Source: Balanoglossus misakiensis (lineage: Eukaryota; Animalia; Hemichordata). From it: 64,000 nucleotides of DNA. The translations under genes were made by a program, and so were the position numbers. Under the pieces are notes generated by a model. That model did not search any database, was not told the origin of the DNA, and was given only the letters and a program-made list of their open reading frames with translations. Of this stretch, positions 23,008 through 37,256 are shown piece after piece (position 1 is the stretch's first letter; each line of letters begins with the position of its first letter). Where the stretch lies: NCBI GenBank assembly GCA_040954595.2, contig CM082576.2, forward strand, positions 10,233,129 to 10,297,128. The letters run 5' to 3'.

Positions 23008-24287
23008 CTTGATTTATTGGCGGGGCTTCCTATGTTTTTGTATGTATTCCTCTTCGTACGCTTTGAATGTTTTGACCTACAGTATGTTGATCGACAGCTG
23101 TTGTGATAGAGCCTTCTGGGGACATTAATACACCTATGTTGGCTTGTGGGATTGAGATGGTTGCAAGGATTACAGAGTGGTGTGACTGGGCTCACCAATA
23201 CGTCTGAAATTTGAAGAGAAAAAAATTGGCATGGTAAGTAAAATAAAAAATATGCATATATTTCATGGGGGAATTAGTAACAGAATCGACACAATACTGT
23301 GAGTAAACATACATGTATACGCATACTCAAACCACCATCTGTATTGCCTGATGCAATAATTTTGAAATTTCCACTACTCAGTGTTCCATTGCTTGGCCAA
23401 CATCTGGACCACTGGTGAGACCCCATCATGCAAGATACACTTAAAAGCATAATGTTTAAAGTTTAAAACACAGCGATAAAAAGACAAATGTTAATCATGA
23501 TCGTGAGGAATCAGCTGTTTAATTAATAAATTAGCCTGCCATATTAATTATTACAATGCATGGGATAAGTCATTCACAAAATATTTAACTCTTTGGAAAA
23601 GTTGACAATCCAAATTTGAATGACACTGCCAAGATACTATATGCAAATGTACAGACCTGCTTTCTAATTATTTGACCTCGGAATTTCACTATGATTAGAG
23701 ATCAGAGAACTCGATCATGATATTTCATATAAATTTACTGTCACTGACACAGATGATACACAATGTATCTATGAAATTCAAACAATAGATTAGTCTGACA
23801 AAAATGAATATTTTGCAGTTTGTGTGCGACAGCTAATATGAAACCGCCACATTGCGCGAAATCACGATTTCCGCACTAAAATCCGGTCACGTGGGCGAGG
23901 CACAGCTTGAAAGCTACATGATGTAGTTACAAAGAGGCAAATCGAGCTGAAGCCCGGTGTCGCATCTTGCCTAACAGCTTTCATTCTTGCGGAATGGCAA
24001 CTCTCGACCCCAAAAAATGAAACATCGGATTGCTCACTGAGTTACGAAGGGTTGCGACGTTTGGATGCATACAAACAGAGCTTGCAAGAGTTGGACGTGA
24101 CGACAGAAGCGTGCGTCTGGAGATTTTGACGCCATCTTGAATGTCCAGAGCAGCATGCGCACGTTCCACACAAGCTTTGTCATGGGATTTCTGATCACAG
24201 TTTCACACACAACACACAACATCACCAGATACGGTTGAGACAACGAACAACTATGTCATCCTTACCTGTTAAACTCAAATTAGACAT
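22941..24287 (-). promoter_or_regulatory. eIF5 5'-leader uORF (24287-24266 spliced to 23203-22941), poor-context AUG, overlapping the main start out of frame
   Basis: TTT-ATG-T context at 24287, donor CAG|GTAAG at 24266/24265, acceptor TTTCAG at 23204. The frame stays open past the main ATG (23007) to a TAG at 22941. Confidence 0.75.
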
Positions 24288-25117
24288 AAACTCTCTGAAA
24301 TGGCAAAAATATCAAAACAAGAAAAGTGGCAGCTGGACGATGTGTCCTGACCAGAAATTGCGTTCGATACGGAAAACACGCCGTCGAATCCTTCCTTTTC
24401 TGAAATAAAAACAAACAAAACGGCTCTGGTCAGCATTGATCAAACTTCGAAATGTCGTCAGAAGACAAAATATCGCAGAAACCTAGGAAAATATGCTAAA
24501 ATTTCGAACACACTCATATCCAACAGATAACACGTACAGCTTTGACTAGTGCGTCGCTGTGCAGCTTGGTACGTTTCAATATATTGCGCAAGTCTGGGAA
24601 TATCACTGTGCCCGGATGTGGAGCATGTGGGGGCGACATGAATGATGTAGGTGTCAGAGAGCCACAGTGGATGCAACTGCAGGGACTGTGTTAAAAATCG
24701 TAAAAATTAAAATTAGTACAACGATCTGATATTTTTTTACATCTTTAAATGTATCATAAATATACTCATCTTTTAAACGTGTTGGAGAAATATTCATAGA
24801 TGCATTTTGAAATTATGGACATCAAAATATCGGTGAAACCATTTTGTGTATCTATTACCAGCCATAGTAGTAGTGAATATTCCAGACTTGTTAATTCATC
24901 ACCAATATAAAATTGACAGTCAGGTCAGCTGACAAGGTGAAATGTGTCAGTAGTCAAACCAATAGGTCAACTGTTGTTGGGTTGGATGAATAAATTGATG
25001 ACATTATAGAATTTTTTTTTTTTAAATTAGCGTCAAGAACATATTCAAATGTATATAAAATGTCAGTGTGTTATCCTTCTCCCAGTTTTGAAAGAATTTA
25101 TTCCTTGCATATATCTG

Positions 25118-25180
25118 ACACACACACACACACACGCACGCACGCACACACACACACACACAGATAGACAGACAGACAGA
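25118..25180. repeat. (CA)n / (CACG)n / (CAGA)n microsatellite
   Basis: Directly visible simple repeat. Confidence 0.9.
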
Positions 25181-27169
25181 ACCCAATGTGAACGAAAAAC
25201 TCCTGAAACAACATATTCCAACAAATGAACATTTTAACAAACTGTTTAATTCGTTACTGTAAACTTTGACAAGAACAGTAATTGGGACATATAACACTCT
25301 TTAAAATTAACTGTGCATTGCCTTGAGGCTAATCACTCCCTGATGAAAGAATTACTTTACATTCAGCTGCAAAAACGTGTTAATTTGGATTACACTCTAT
25401 TCTTTTTTAACAGCTGCTAACAAAATGTACTCAATAAACCTGTATCTAGAGCATTATTTGCATTGTTTACACTTATTTCTGTGAAACCCAACAGCGTATC
25501 TACATGTATATTACCATATGATGTATAATACAACTTTTAAAAAAAACTATTAGAATTTTTACATATCTATTAGAATTTGAAGTATGCCATCTTTGGAAGT
25601 ACCCAGGAGAACTGATAAGCTTGAGTCTTCAGGGTTTCTATAGAAACAGATAAAAGTACAACATGACACTGTCATAATTGTGTCCACATCTTTTATACAA
25701 TCTACAAGCCTTTGTCAGTATAATAAGCTGCACTGTATTTGACAATTTTTTATTTGATTTCTATCATTGTGTGACACCTGGTGTGTGCACGTTTGCTGTT
25801 TCATGGAAAACAATTGTGAGAGATTGTGGGTTGAATGGAAAAGATCAGATTCTGAACATGCACACTGGACGAATGTGTTGCTTTTGTTATAAGGTCATCT
25901 CTCAAACATTTTGGTCACTTTCACGTTTTCTCTGTTTTAATGGCAATTGTCAGCTGTAAGCATATATCATGGTGGGTGTCTAGTTCTTCCTGAAATCACC
26001 AAACAAGCAACCAGTTCTGAGGTGTAAACTAACAGCCCTTACACTACTTTGAATCCACATATTACACCATGAAAGCCCAATTCCACATCTAGAGAAACCC
26101 AGCTTTGTCTAGAAAGCTTTCACTACAATGCGATGTATACGGCAAAACATCGTCCTATCCCTTGGGTCACATTTCAAAGTTGGACAGAATACTAGTATGC
26201 AATAAAATTATCATTCATAGCTTATGGTAACTACAAACTATTTGTACAACTGCATTGCTGTTGTTAGGGAACGCCCATCTAAAGCTTCTCCAGCAATCCA
26301 GCAGACATAGAATAAAGGTAAATTTCTAAATTTAATACTCATATCACCTGAGGGGATTATCAGTTGTATTCTATCAAAAATTTGGTCTTCAAATTCATGT
26401 CTCTGTTCTGTATTCATTCTTTCCATGACCCTGTTAATTAAATAAGACAGTTTTGGAAGAAGCACCTGGCTGTGCAGAAGATGGAGATGGTATGCGATAA
26501 CTCAAAGAGCACATGATGAACTAGAAATTTTTTAAACTAGTGAATAAAACTAGAAACTAGCTCACCGATTGTCCAAGAGGTAAAATCAATGCCAAATGTT
26601 ACATTTTCTTGATATTGCATTAGGACAACACACACAGATACAATAACGCAAAGCAAACAAGCTCAGCAGTGAGCATCAGGTGGGTCTAAGAAATTGATGG
26701 ATGAAATATCATATTGGACATGAGTTCAATCGCAACATGAAAACTTGACAGGTTTTATATAAAAGAAGAAATATCGAAAACGTAAATACGAAAAAAATAC
26801 ACCAAATAAAGGGCAACTCTATCACCCTATAAAATGATACTGAGAAAATGATCCTAAGTTTTAAAAAACACCTTTATAGAAATTATACATTGCACTTCTG
26901 TCATCAAATTTCACTGCAGTGATGCAGACAAAGTTTGTAGCAGATGGTCAAGAGAAACAAAATCAAGCCGTTGTTAATGATAGTTTCCTTCAGAGGTTCA
27001 GAGTAACTAATCAGGACAGAAAGAGAGAGAGAAACATACAAACATGCAAGAGCTCAGCTGAGCACTCTGACCAGACACAGATTATTATCTACATCACTGC
27101 ACTGAGAAAATCTTGGTATTGCAGACTTTTGTTGAGTTCATGTCGAACTGACGTAAGCACGATCTTTAA

Positions 27170-27258
27170 CCCTAATATCACCCCCAGTTCCCTCAATGGA
27201 GGTCCAACTTTTACCATAGAAAACAATTGGTTTGGACTGAACCATGGTGGTGAAAGGG
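27170..27258. mobile_element. piggyBac-like ~90-bp MITE
   Basis: TTAA|CCCT...GTGAAAGGG|TTAA. Related copies at 30259-30343, 37975-38016 and 52421-52474. Confidence 0.7.
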
Positions 27259-28172
27259 TTAATGGCAGCATAATACCTTCAATGTCTTCGTACAGACGAA
27301 AATGGTACACAAACATTGAAATCGAAGGGTTAATCCATGTGTTTCTGGCAGTATAGTAATCCAAAGTGGTTTATTAGCACACTTTTACTTCTTATATACT
27401 GGTGTGAATGTTAGAAAATCTTCAGGTGAAAAACATATGGCAGCTATTTGGCAATCGTTCAATTACCTGACAGAAAACAGTCAGTTTAGAAATTCATTTG
27501 CTATTGTCGTATTCGTGCAACTGATACGCTAATAACTTGATATTTCAACATTTCCAAAAGTCTCTAAGAGCATATGAAAAGACTGCTGACACGTTTGGCT
27601 GCAAAACGCAAAGACATGACACAAACCCCCACCACGGCCCTTGACTCTGGTTACGGAGTCAGGGGCACATGGAAACAGTTTGTCTGGTTTATCAGAAAAA
27701 TACAAATAAACATCATGGACCAGCCATTGCACATAAATATATTCAAATCATGTTGTATAAATCAGATGATATGGACTTATTTCTCATTTGAAGTCTAGCA
27801 ATGTAATATCTGCTGTCTAGAGGAACAGAGGCAGTCACTTTTTTTCTTACACATTTTTCAGTACTTCAGTTCTGTGAATCAACTAGTTTCCTGTTTCACT
27901 ATATTAAATTATGTTGAAATAATCTAAGTGGGCTTCACATTAGAGAATGTGTATGTGTGACATTGCATTGCCGTTATTCACAACAAAATGTATGCCTGGA
28001 CAAATGCTGACAATAGTAACGGTGGCTATACGCAGGCAATGAATGTGGACATGAGAAAGTCGGTTCAACTTGATCTAGGGGTGTAGCACAATAATCTGTG
28101 CACGATACACAGAACAAAACTGCTGAAAAAAATGATCGAGTGTTGTGCAACTGTTCCTTTAATTAAGTAAGT

Positions 28173-31100
28173 CTACTCTTTGGCTCTTTTGGTTTCCCTG
28201 TGATTGATCTGATTGAAAATTCCGCTGATTTTCCACATGTTTTTGTACCAGAGTCTTTCGAGGCGGTCTATCCCGCCGAACCCGTACACGGCCACCGTGT
28301 AGAAAACGCAGGCCGCGATGAAGAACCACAGGCCGATCTTTGTGGTGATCAACAGATACAGGAAAAACGCGTTGAGGACTGTGTACACGACCAGCGACAT
28401 TGTGAAGTACATCCTCAGCCGAGTGCTGAGTCCGGACTCGACGTTCTCGACGTTCGCGAATTTCTTGTTTCGGTAGAAGTCGCTCAACATCTCCTCTTTC
28501 TCTTTCCATTTCTGCTTGCACCAGTTCTGCACGCCTTCCTCGTTGATGGGGATGGTGGCTATCGGGTGGCGCCGGATGTGGAAGTGGATCTCCCGGGGGA
28601 AGTTGCCCTTGACGATGTCCAGCTCATAGTGGGGGATGTTCTGTGGGTAGCCAATGGTGATGTCGTGGATGGCATCCAACATACCCTCTGAAATAAAAAT
28701 CCCCCAAAAAGGTCAAAATAAAGTATGAAATGATGAGTGTTTTCAGTAGACAGTTGCATATCATATTACTACATCTAGTCATATCTGATACGATGACCCC
28801 CCCCCCCCCCCCCCCCTGTACAATGTAATTGCTGGAAACCTTTTTTCACTCACCCTTTCTCAGCTTTTCCACCAAAAATGTCAGTCCTGTCGTTCTCGGA
28901 TGTAGAACATACTCGTACACTGGTAAGCCATTTTTCTTGGCGTACTCGGCACCCCTCCGTTTGTTATCATCGCTGAGGTCAGTGCCTGTAACAAAGGCAA
29001 TCCTATCATGAATGGCTTGTTGTGAAAACTGTTTTCACATTTGATGAGAAACAGAGAAAAATCCAGTCTTCTAAAATATGTGATAATTTTTGGATTATCA
29101 CAGTTGTGTGAATTTGGGCCACATCTACACAACAAATTCATACTTTTGGACCAAAATTTCAATTCCATTACTTCCATGCAAAAAAAAATATTAAAATTTA
29201 TATTAAAATGTTCTCAAAAACTCATATCTCTCACTCACCCTCAGGGAATATAAGAATCTGGGTTGGGTGTCTGATTGCAGAAAAGTAGTCCAAGATGTCA
29301 GTCAGGAGTGGTTTATCCAACTCCCAGTTGCGCCGAATAAATATGAAATGGCCAGCTTGCATTGCCCAACCTAGAAAGAACAGACGTGTCCAAGTTGAGT
29401 AAAAGTGGTCTGATGTCACAGATTTCTAAAAGAGAGATAATGATACTCATGAGAGAGGTGGTGCTGGTGGTTCACAGCAGGACCTGTGTTAATTTTACAC
29501 AGACATTGTATGCAATGAAGACATTACTGCAAGCTAACTCAAGTCAATTATATTCAAAATAATACAAACATGCTAATATCTCAGGTCAATGATTTCAATC
29601 CTGGGATTTATTTCATGTTTTTCTTTAAAAAGGCATATTTCAGCACCTTGCCTACAAACACCAACAGACATGCATACCTCCTCCCCAGATGTTTTTCAGG
29701 CCTCTTTTCAACATGATCTTCTCGTGGTGCAGGGAACTCCTTCGTATAAGACACGACCAGAGGAACATCCAGTCTAACCTCGTCCTGTGGTTCATTATGA
29801 TGATACTCTTCTCGCCTGGCTTGAAGTCATCCCCGCTGACTGTTATCCTGATGCCAAACACCATTTCTGTTGCCAAGGAAACGTACCGTGTGAGGGTGAA
29901 ATAAGCTGACTGTAGTTCTATCTCTGCATTTTATGGCTAAACTTGGCACAATTACAGCTTAAAGGTACCCAGTGTACAGTCACCTATGCAAATTTAACCA
30001 CTGTTCACATGGGAAATTCAAATATAGCCAATCACAGATTTACAGTGGGCGGTACATGCGAAATAATTTGTACCACAAAATTCAAACACTTAGACATGGC
30101 CTTTTGAAAAACCAGTAAATTAGAGGTGACCACTTACATGTACCTTTAAGTTTAATAGTCACGATCAAAACAAGATGACATAAAATGAGTCATGAATCCA
30201 TTGCTTTTACATGTGCCATGAATACACAGAGAGCTTATCTTGTTCTGGGGAATAGTATCCCTTTCACCCCCAGTTCCCACTTTAGAGGTCCAATCTTACC
30301 ATAGAAAACAATGGGTTTGGACTGAACCGTGGTGGTGAAAGGGTTAAACCGTAATCATGCTCTAAACTTTGAAAGTTTGATGAAGTAAAAGGGTTAAAAA
30401 AATAAATTTATTTTCACAGAGAAATGACAGAAATAGTATGTTTCAGTGACAGAAAGTGGGATTGAGCAGACATGTTTTCCCACATCTCACTGACATTCTC
30501 ACTGTCTGAATTAGCAGACACAGGAAAAGGCATCAGCTTTACATTTGTCTGTGCTTGTTCGAAAATTTGCATGTATATTATTCTATGCGCAGTGACCAGT
30601 TTGACCTCAAATGAGCCCTGCCGGACGCTCATCATCAATCAATCCCACGTAACAGGCTGCAGACTTTGAACATTTGGGTTGATTATTTACGCAATGACAC
30701 GACAAAACAAGCAGAACAGGTGTCACTATGCATGCAAATTTTTAATTTTTTTATAATAAAAATGGAATATTTGTTCAGAAGCACCATTGGTAGGTCATGT
30801 AATACTTTACTCACCGAGAAATGCCTTGAGATAACATCACAAATCCATGGAAAAAGAAAAGAAAAGAAACGGATTACAAATTCTGCTTTGTTATTTTTAT
30901 CAGATGGTACTTTGGTTCATGTGTTTATCATTCAGGTGAAATTTCCCAACAACTGAACATACTCCTTGACGTATGTCGGTGACACATTTGGGTTAATTAA
31001 GCACAACAAAAATGTGATTTATGCATTGTTTTATCAATTTGTTCTAGCTCTAAGACTAGACAGATCAAACAGCAAGTTTTGAGAAGACGTTTTGACCAGG

Positions 31101-31356
31101 AAAACCATAGTGACTAGCTAGCTCACAATGGAATAACCATTACATGTAAATTATCAAGTTATTAGATACTTACAAGTGGAAACGTGACCCATTTTGCCAG
31201 TAAATGATCCTGTATTCTCCTGTAGAGGGGGGTATGAATAAACAACAGTGGCATGAACGGTCCCATGATGTACACTGCCCCGAGAAAACTTGTCAGCCAG
31301 AAAATGGCTACCACAAAAAATATTCCCCCAAACTTGTTTCGAAACATCTCCGCCAT
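28173..31356 (-). CDS. LCLAT1: Lysocardiolipin acyltransferase 1. Exons 31356-31174, 30824-30815 (10 nt), 29866-29678, 29370-29239, 28985-28854, 28687-28173
   Basis: Acyltransferase motifs MNHRTRLDWMFLW, GWAMQAGHFIFIRR, LIFPEGTD, YEYVLHPRTTG, LDAIHDITIGYP and FPREIHFHI, plus a C-terminal dilysine-like KRAKE. Probable 5' UTR exons lie near 31876-31952 and ~32752-32850. Confidence 0.95.
30259..30343. mobile_element. piggyBac-like MITE copy
   Basis: CCCTTTCACCCCC...GGTGGTGAAAGGG|TTAA, homologous to 27170-27258. Confidence 0.65.
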
Positions 31357-31518
31357 GTTTGGTTTGTTTCCCCGGGGGTTAGGACAGCAGAAGACTGACA
31401 CACGGCGGCAAATCTGAAATAACAAGAAACACCTTGAATGAATGAATTAATGATGATAAAGACAACACCAACACCATCATCACAACCACCACCATCATAA
31501 TCATCATGTTGCTACTGT

Positions 31519-31519
31519 T

Positions 31520-31604
<85 letters not shown>

Positions 31605-31629
31605 CCATCATCATCACTATCAGCATCAG

Positions 31630-31661
<32 letters not shown>

Positions 31662-31695
31662 CCGTCATCGTCATCACCACCATCATCACCATCAC

Positions 31696-31734
<39 letters not shown>

Positions 31735-31735
31735 T
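31519..31735. repeat. (ATC)n trinucleotide microsatellite in an LCLAT1 5' intron
   Basis: About 70 ATC/ACC units. It is the source of the spurious poly-D, poly-M and poly-S ORFs. Confidence 0.98.
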
Positions 31736-34667
31736 TGATGACCATACCACTGGCACTGAAGTAGCCTGTGCCCTGACCAGCTAACACATAGATTTATGGA
31801 TTTGTGCAAGTCCTATACTTATGTGCAGAGAACTTATTGCCTGAAATATACTGCAAATATATTTGCTTACATTACCTCTTTGCCAGATCCGGTCAACCGC
31901 CACCCGTCTCCAGTCTGAATGCTTAAGTTATCCCATCAACATGAACTTGAACCTGAGGATACAACACATTATGTTTGACACAAGGTTAAATCATTAATTA
32001 ATGATCAACAGCTTCTCTGCTTTCTGTAAACACATATCTTATTAGACATATATATTGTTCAGCAGCAATTTGAAGAAAAACTGTCAACAGTTCCAGAACA
32101 ACAGTGTCACTGAGAACACCGACTTGGCAGTCTGCCTGAATGCGTTCTAACTTCAGCACTGGTGTAAATAAGACTTCAATCAGATAGATGTAGCCTTGTA
32201 GGATGCCATATGGGGGGGGGGGGGGGATACACGACCGATTCGAGCATTGCTCTTCAGATGAAAGTGGAATTTTGAACTTTGAGACTGGGCGCTTTTTCAT
32301 AAAATGCTTTCTTTAATTTTAATACTGGAAACAACTCGTGGAGATGTTGGCTTGGTAACGTTTATTGACCACAACTGACTTGACGTAACTATGAACTGTC
32401 TGTGGCTTGCTTTCGAATTCATTATGTAATACCAGTAAGTTCCATCACCCATTGAAATAGTACAGACTTTAGCAACATCTAAAATGCATTTGGTCGAAAA
32501 CGCTCTAATTGTATCCGTTAGATTTTATAGACCTTGCAATCTGGAGTCAAAAGATGTACGACCTACGGTCACAAGATCACTGATCACCCATTCACGAATC
32601 ATCATTATCATTTATCAGTTCTTGCACTTGCAGTTGCACTGGAGTTGCAGCAACAAAACCACAGTGAACTAAACGATAAAACAGGCCTTTTTCGCTGAAT
32701 GACAAACGAAAATACCTACTCATAAAGTGAGCAGAAAATTCAATATACTTACGGTATGTATTACTAGAGAAAGCCACCCGACAGCGTTGATACCGTCAAT
32801 AATCGAAATGCAGAAGCTGCTGATGAAGTATGTCAAAGGTCTTCACCAAGGTCATGTGGGTTTGTGGGTCACGCGATATCATCTGATTGTATGAGGGCGC
32901 TATACAATTGCGCAATATAACATCGACTCCGGACACTTTTCAGCACTGCATTGGTCAGTTTCTTCGGTCGGCTCGGAGGTGGTGTGTAAATTTTGGTGTC
33001 TGACCCCCACGGGAAAAGGCAGAGGAATCTGACCTCTAGAAGTGGAGGAAAGCGATTTAAACCATCCGAGTTTATTATGCATATTACAGTATCTGATTAT
33101 CGTAAGCTGTTACAACATGTAAAAGCAGATACATCGATTCGAGATATATGGATATGATTCAAATACGATTACACTGTACAAGACACACACAAATATATTC
33201 AGAGAGAGTGGGTTTATATATTTATTTATTTATCTATCTATACTAAAATTGATTGGTAGTGGGTTTTTTTTAGTTTTGTTTGTTTGTTTTTGTTGTTTTG
33301 TTTGTTTGTTTATCGGAGAAAAAATATGTTCGCAACGACGTTGCTTACATTTTGTTCAGAAGGTGAAGTTACTAGTATAATCATCAGCACGATCATCATC
33401 ACCATTATCATTATGCCACCATATTCAATGACGTGTGTTGAACAAAACTCGGATGAGCGACAGCTGTGATGACTGTGTATGGTCGCGTTTCCGTAGTAAT
33501 TGGAAGGCATACTAGTATTCCCCATAACCATCACATGGTTGAACTCTCCGCCATCAAGCCGGTGAACACAGCGGCATATTTTTCGCATCGTTGCCAGTAG
33601 CAGAGAAGGGGCACCCATATGCATTAATGTTCAACAGACTACCAAGGTAAGATTACTTGATTGTCATCTATGAACGACACGATTGCTCCCGTCAGACCGA
33701 AAATGAGAGATTTGGGAGTGGAAAGCATGAAACTAGGCATACACGAACTGTTTCCAGTAAATTTATCAATTGGATGCGGGAATTACAATCTACAATGCCA
33801 CCGTGAACCAAAGTTGTGGTGCCTTAAAATTTGTAAAATTAAGCTTAAAATTAAACTGCAGAAACTCAAATTCAATATCGCATCGGAAAAATTAAAACAT
33901 GCGTTTGTTTGGAACCCAGCTGCGAAATCTACAGTCTGGCGCAGTACCACAAGTTGCACGTTGGATCCATATGCAAAGCGAGATAATTTACAAAATAAAG
34001 CACACACCATCTAATCGAGAATGAAAGAAATTTGAAAGAAGTGGCAGTGTTCACCGATGATGTGTGTATATGTAAGCCCGATATGTAAGTGTGAAGTATG
34101 TTTATAGATATAGAATTTAAAATTATAGACGACATGCGTTAAATTACTGTGGTGATTATAGCCACTAAAGCTTTCACAGATGTTATAAACAGAATAACGA
34201 AACTGCGGAAAGTCGGGTGGGGGGGGGGCATTATATAATATTCACCAGGTGTGACCGTTGAGTTGCAAAATACAACGCTGTGATGAGTACACAATCTGCA
34301 CCGAATACACAGACAGACATTTTTGTTAAATATTCTATCTTTAACACGTACTAATATTTCTTGCAGTGTCATGGCAGTAATTCAGAGGTAACACACACAG
34401 AATCAAGACACGGACATGGTAGAAGCTTATAATTAAAATTAGCGAAAGTCCTGTTGGAAGGGTGATTGTAGGGCAAGTACAATGCTTCGCGAGGTAAAAT
34501 AATCAATCTATTCGGTTTATTAAATTCACCATTCGATGTTTGCGCACAATTTCGCACAGAAAATAAATCAACTTTAATGTGTTAATGTAATGTTAACAAA
34601 ATCATGAGAGAAATACCATGGGCACAATTGTCACTGACTGAAATTTGTCTTTAGGCGCATCAGGAAA

Positions 34668-36513
34668 ATGTTGACAGATGACTTGATCACACAGTATACG
34701 CCCACATCCACGCCTAGGCTTCGGGAACGTCCATTAGTAACCGCTTTTCCTTTTTCCTTTTATGTCATGCAGTTTAAATTTTTCCTGATCGGCCTAGCAA
34801 CGGCTTCAGCCATCTTCAGCACCATCATTTACAAAACCCACTTGGATGACCGAGATCTTGCCATCAGCCCCTATGAACGCGAGGCACATACACTCAGGTA
34901 TTTACTCTCACCCCCCCCCCGGGAGATGCCACGGTGTTAAACTAAAGCATGAACAAATAGCATGATACAAGCCACACTCTATATTGCAAGTGGTGGTGAA
35001 TCACATTGATATCTTGTCGTGTACGATTTTTGTGCTCGTTTTGATGAGAAAGAAAAGCCAAAATGACAGAAAAAATAAAGGCATCCATGACGCTGTAGGG
35101 ACCGGGTGTAGAGCATCAGCTTAAAGGTTGAATATCCCAGGTCAATGCGACTATACCGGGCAACTTAATTCAATTGTCGGGGTGCGAAGTTGTCAATACC
35201 AGTACGTAGTTTCAGGGGTGACAAAATAAGGATTTCTTTCAATATTGCAACCTTGTGAAGTTGCCATTTCGATTATAAGCAAGAAAAGCTTTAGAATAGT
35301 TCGTATAATACTCTCGACTTCACGAGAATAACTTTTCATGAAATGTACCGGGTTTTTTTTGGTTTTTTTTCACAGACTCCTCAATTCACACGATCACGGT
35401 GATCACAAATGGAATCGGAATATGCCTTTGGCTGACAATGAAGAAACTAGATTAAAAGTAAGCGATCTTGCCAGTGCAGAATCCTGCGGCAAACAGAAAC
35501 ACGTCGCCTTTATCAAACCACACAAAACGGGAGGAACGACCCTTGCATCGATCATCAATCGCTTCGGCTACGACCGTGGGGCATCGTTCGTGGTCAGCAG
35601 GTTCAACCGACGCAACGGTCATCTGCGCCAGCTGCCTATCAAGGCAGACAGCCCGCGGAAACTTCTGCTTCCGCCGGTGGGCGCCAAGGATAGGAACTGG
35701 AAGAACTACAGGTACAACATGGTCGCGGTTCACATGATATACAACGAAACAGCAATGAGGTCCTTCATGGAGCCCAACACCCGTTACATCACCATACTGC
35801 GGGAACCTGTTTCCCAGTTCGAATCGTTCTTTTATTACATGCAAGTAGGGCACTCGGTTCTGAGGGCTGGAAAACCAAGCAACCTGACAGCGATGGAAGC
35901 CTTTTTCGAAAGACCCGAGTTTTACATGCCCAGATTGTTAAACGATCGCGACAAAGACTCGAGAAACAATCAATTTTATTACCTGGGACTGAGCCCCAAG
36001 GACTTTGAGGACGATCGAAAGATTAAAGAGACAATCGACAAAATCGAGAGAGACTTCTCTTTGGTTTTGATAACAGACTACTTCGACGAATCGCTGGTTT
36101 TGATGAAGAAACTCTTCTGTTGGGACATGGAAGACATTCTTTACATCACCAAAAACCAACGGGCCACCCGACACGCTGTCCCGGAAAATGTGGCAGGGAA
36201 AATTCGCCAGTGGAATCGAGCCGACGTCCTTTTGTACGATCATTTCAATCGCACGCTTTGGAAGAAAATAGATGAATACGGACCCGACTTTGACAGAGAT
36301 TTGGCGGAATTTCGCAGACATTTGCAGTCGGTGTTCAACGAGTGTGTCGACAAACGTTCCGACATTCGTCCAAATGCTCTCATCATGAGATCCAAAGTTG
36401 AATTCCACGCGAAAGAGCACTCCAGTCAATTCTGTGAAAGCCTTGCCCTTTCCCACTTGAAAATGCATAACTTGATTTGGAATAGACAATACCCCAGGTT
36501 TATAAAGCTATAG
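34668..36513 (+). CDS. Galactose-3-O-sulfotransferase (GAL3ST / cerebroside sulfotransferase family). Exons 34668 (or a downstream Met)-34897 and 35376-36513
   Basis: 5'-PSB motif FIKPHKTGGTT, 3'-PB motif ITILREPVSQFESFFYY, FSLVLITDYFDESLVLMK..CW and WNRADVLLYDHFN. N-terminal signal anchor FFLIGLATASAIFSTIIY. Donor CAG|GTA at 34897, acceptor CACAG at 35375. Confidence 0.92.
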
Positions 36514-37256
36514 TTTCTATGCTTCTAACATTCCGTGAAACAAGTTCAAATTGTTTTTCCTGTAAAATGTGGTGCTCATTCGGTCACTTACTCTTCCTTG
36601 TGACAGTTTCTGCAGGGTATTAAAATAAAACTTTTACGAATTTTAAAAGTTGGCATGCGATTTTACACTGCTGTCGACGTTTACTATATTTTTCAGACCA
36701 AAGAGGTCAGCATTTCAGCTGAAAAGTTTATAACTTCCCATGACAAATAAATTGAACTGTTTATTTTAAAGGAAAGATATTACGTTTTTAACATATTTAT
36801 CGACTGGCAGAATATACTCAGTCTATAACATGTACATGTATGTTGAAATTCCAAATGTTCAAGTAGTACAGTCCTCTGTTGTCCATGCACTGACAAAACT
36901 GTGATCTGCATCGGCCAGAAAATGGGACGAAAATTTCTCTTGGGAAACATTGAAATGTGGGCTACCACTACCATTAGTTATAGACTAGCTCATTACAGTT
37001 TTCATGTTTTACAGATACATGTATGTCTCAATAAAGATTCTTGCCATGTTTGCCTTGCGTCAAATTTCAAATGTTTGTCAATGCTTTATTTTTATGAATA
37101 GTCGTGGAGATTGGGGAGGTAGGAGCTCATACCTCCATGGATACTCACTCATACTCAGTCATTTGTCCAAGGTCATCGAGGTCACCTGTAACGTCAAATC
37201 TCGCGATAAACCACGTGAGTTCGTTTTAAGCGGGCATATACGGATTTATAAACAAA

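Noticed and set aside
26919-27364. 145-aa and 91-aa overlapping ORFs
   Set aside because: They span a MITE in the region downstream of LCLAT1 and show no coding signature.
28200-28691. 163-aa antisense ORF and the unusually GC-rich last LCLAT1 exon
   Set aside because: Shadow of high-GC3 codon usage in the real exon. The protein is collinear with LCLAT1, so there is no evidence for a separate gene.
31379-31809. Poly-Asp, poly-Met and poly-Ser ORFs
   Set aside because: Translations of the (ATC)n microsatellite inside an intron.
35452-36489. Antisense ORFs of 133 and 183 aa
   Set aside because: Shadows of the sulfotransferase exon.
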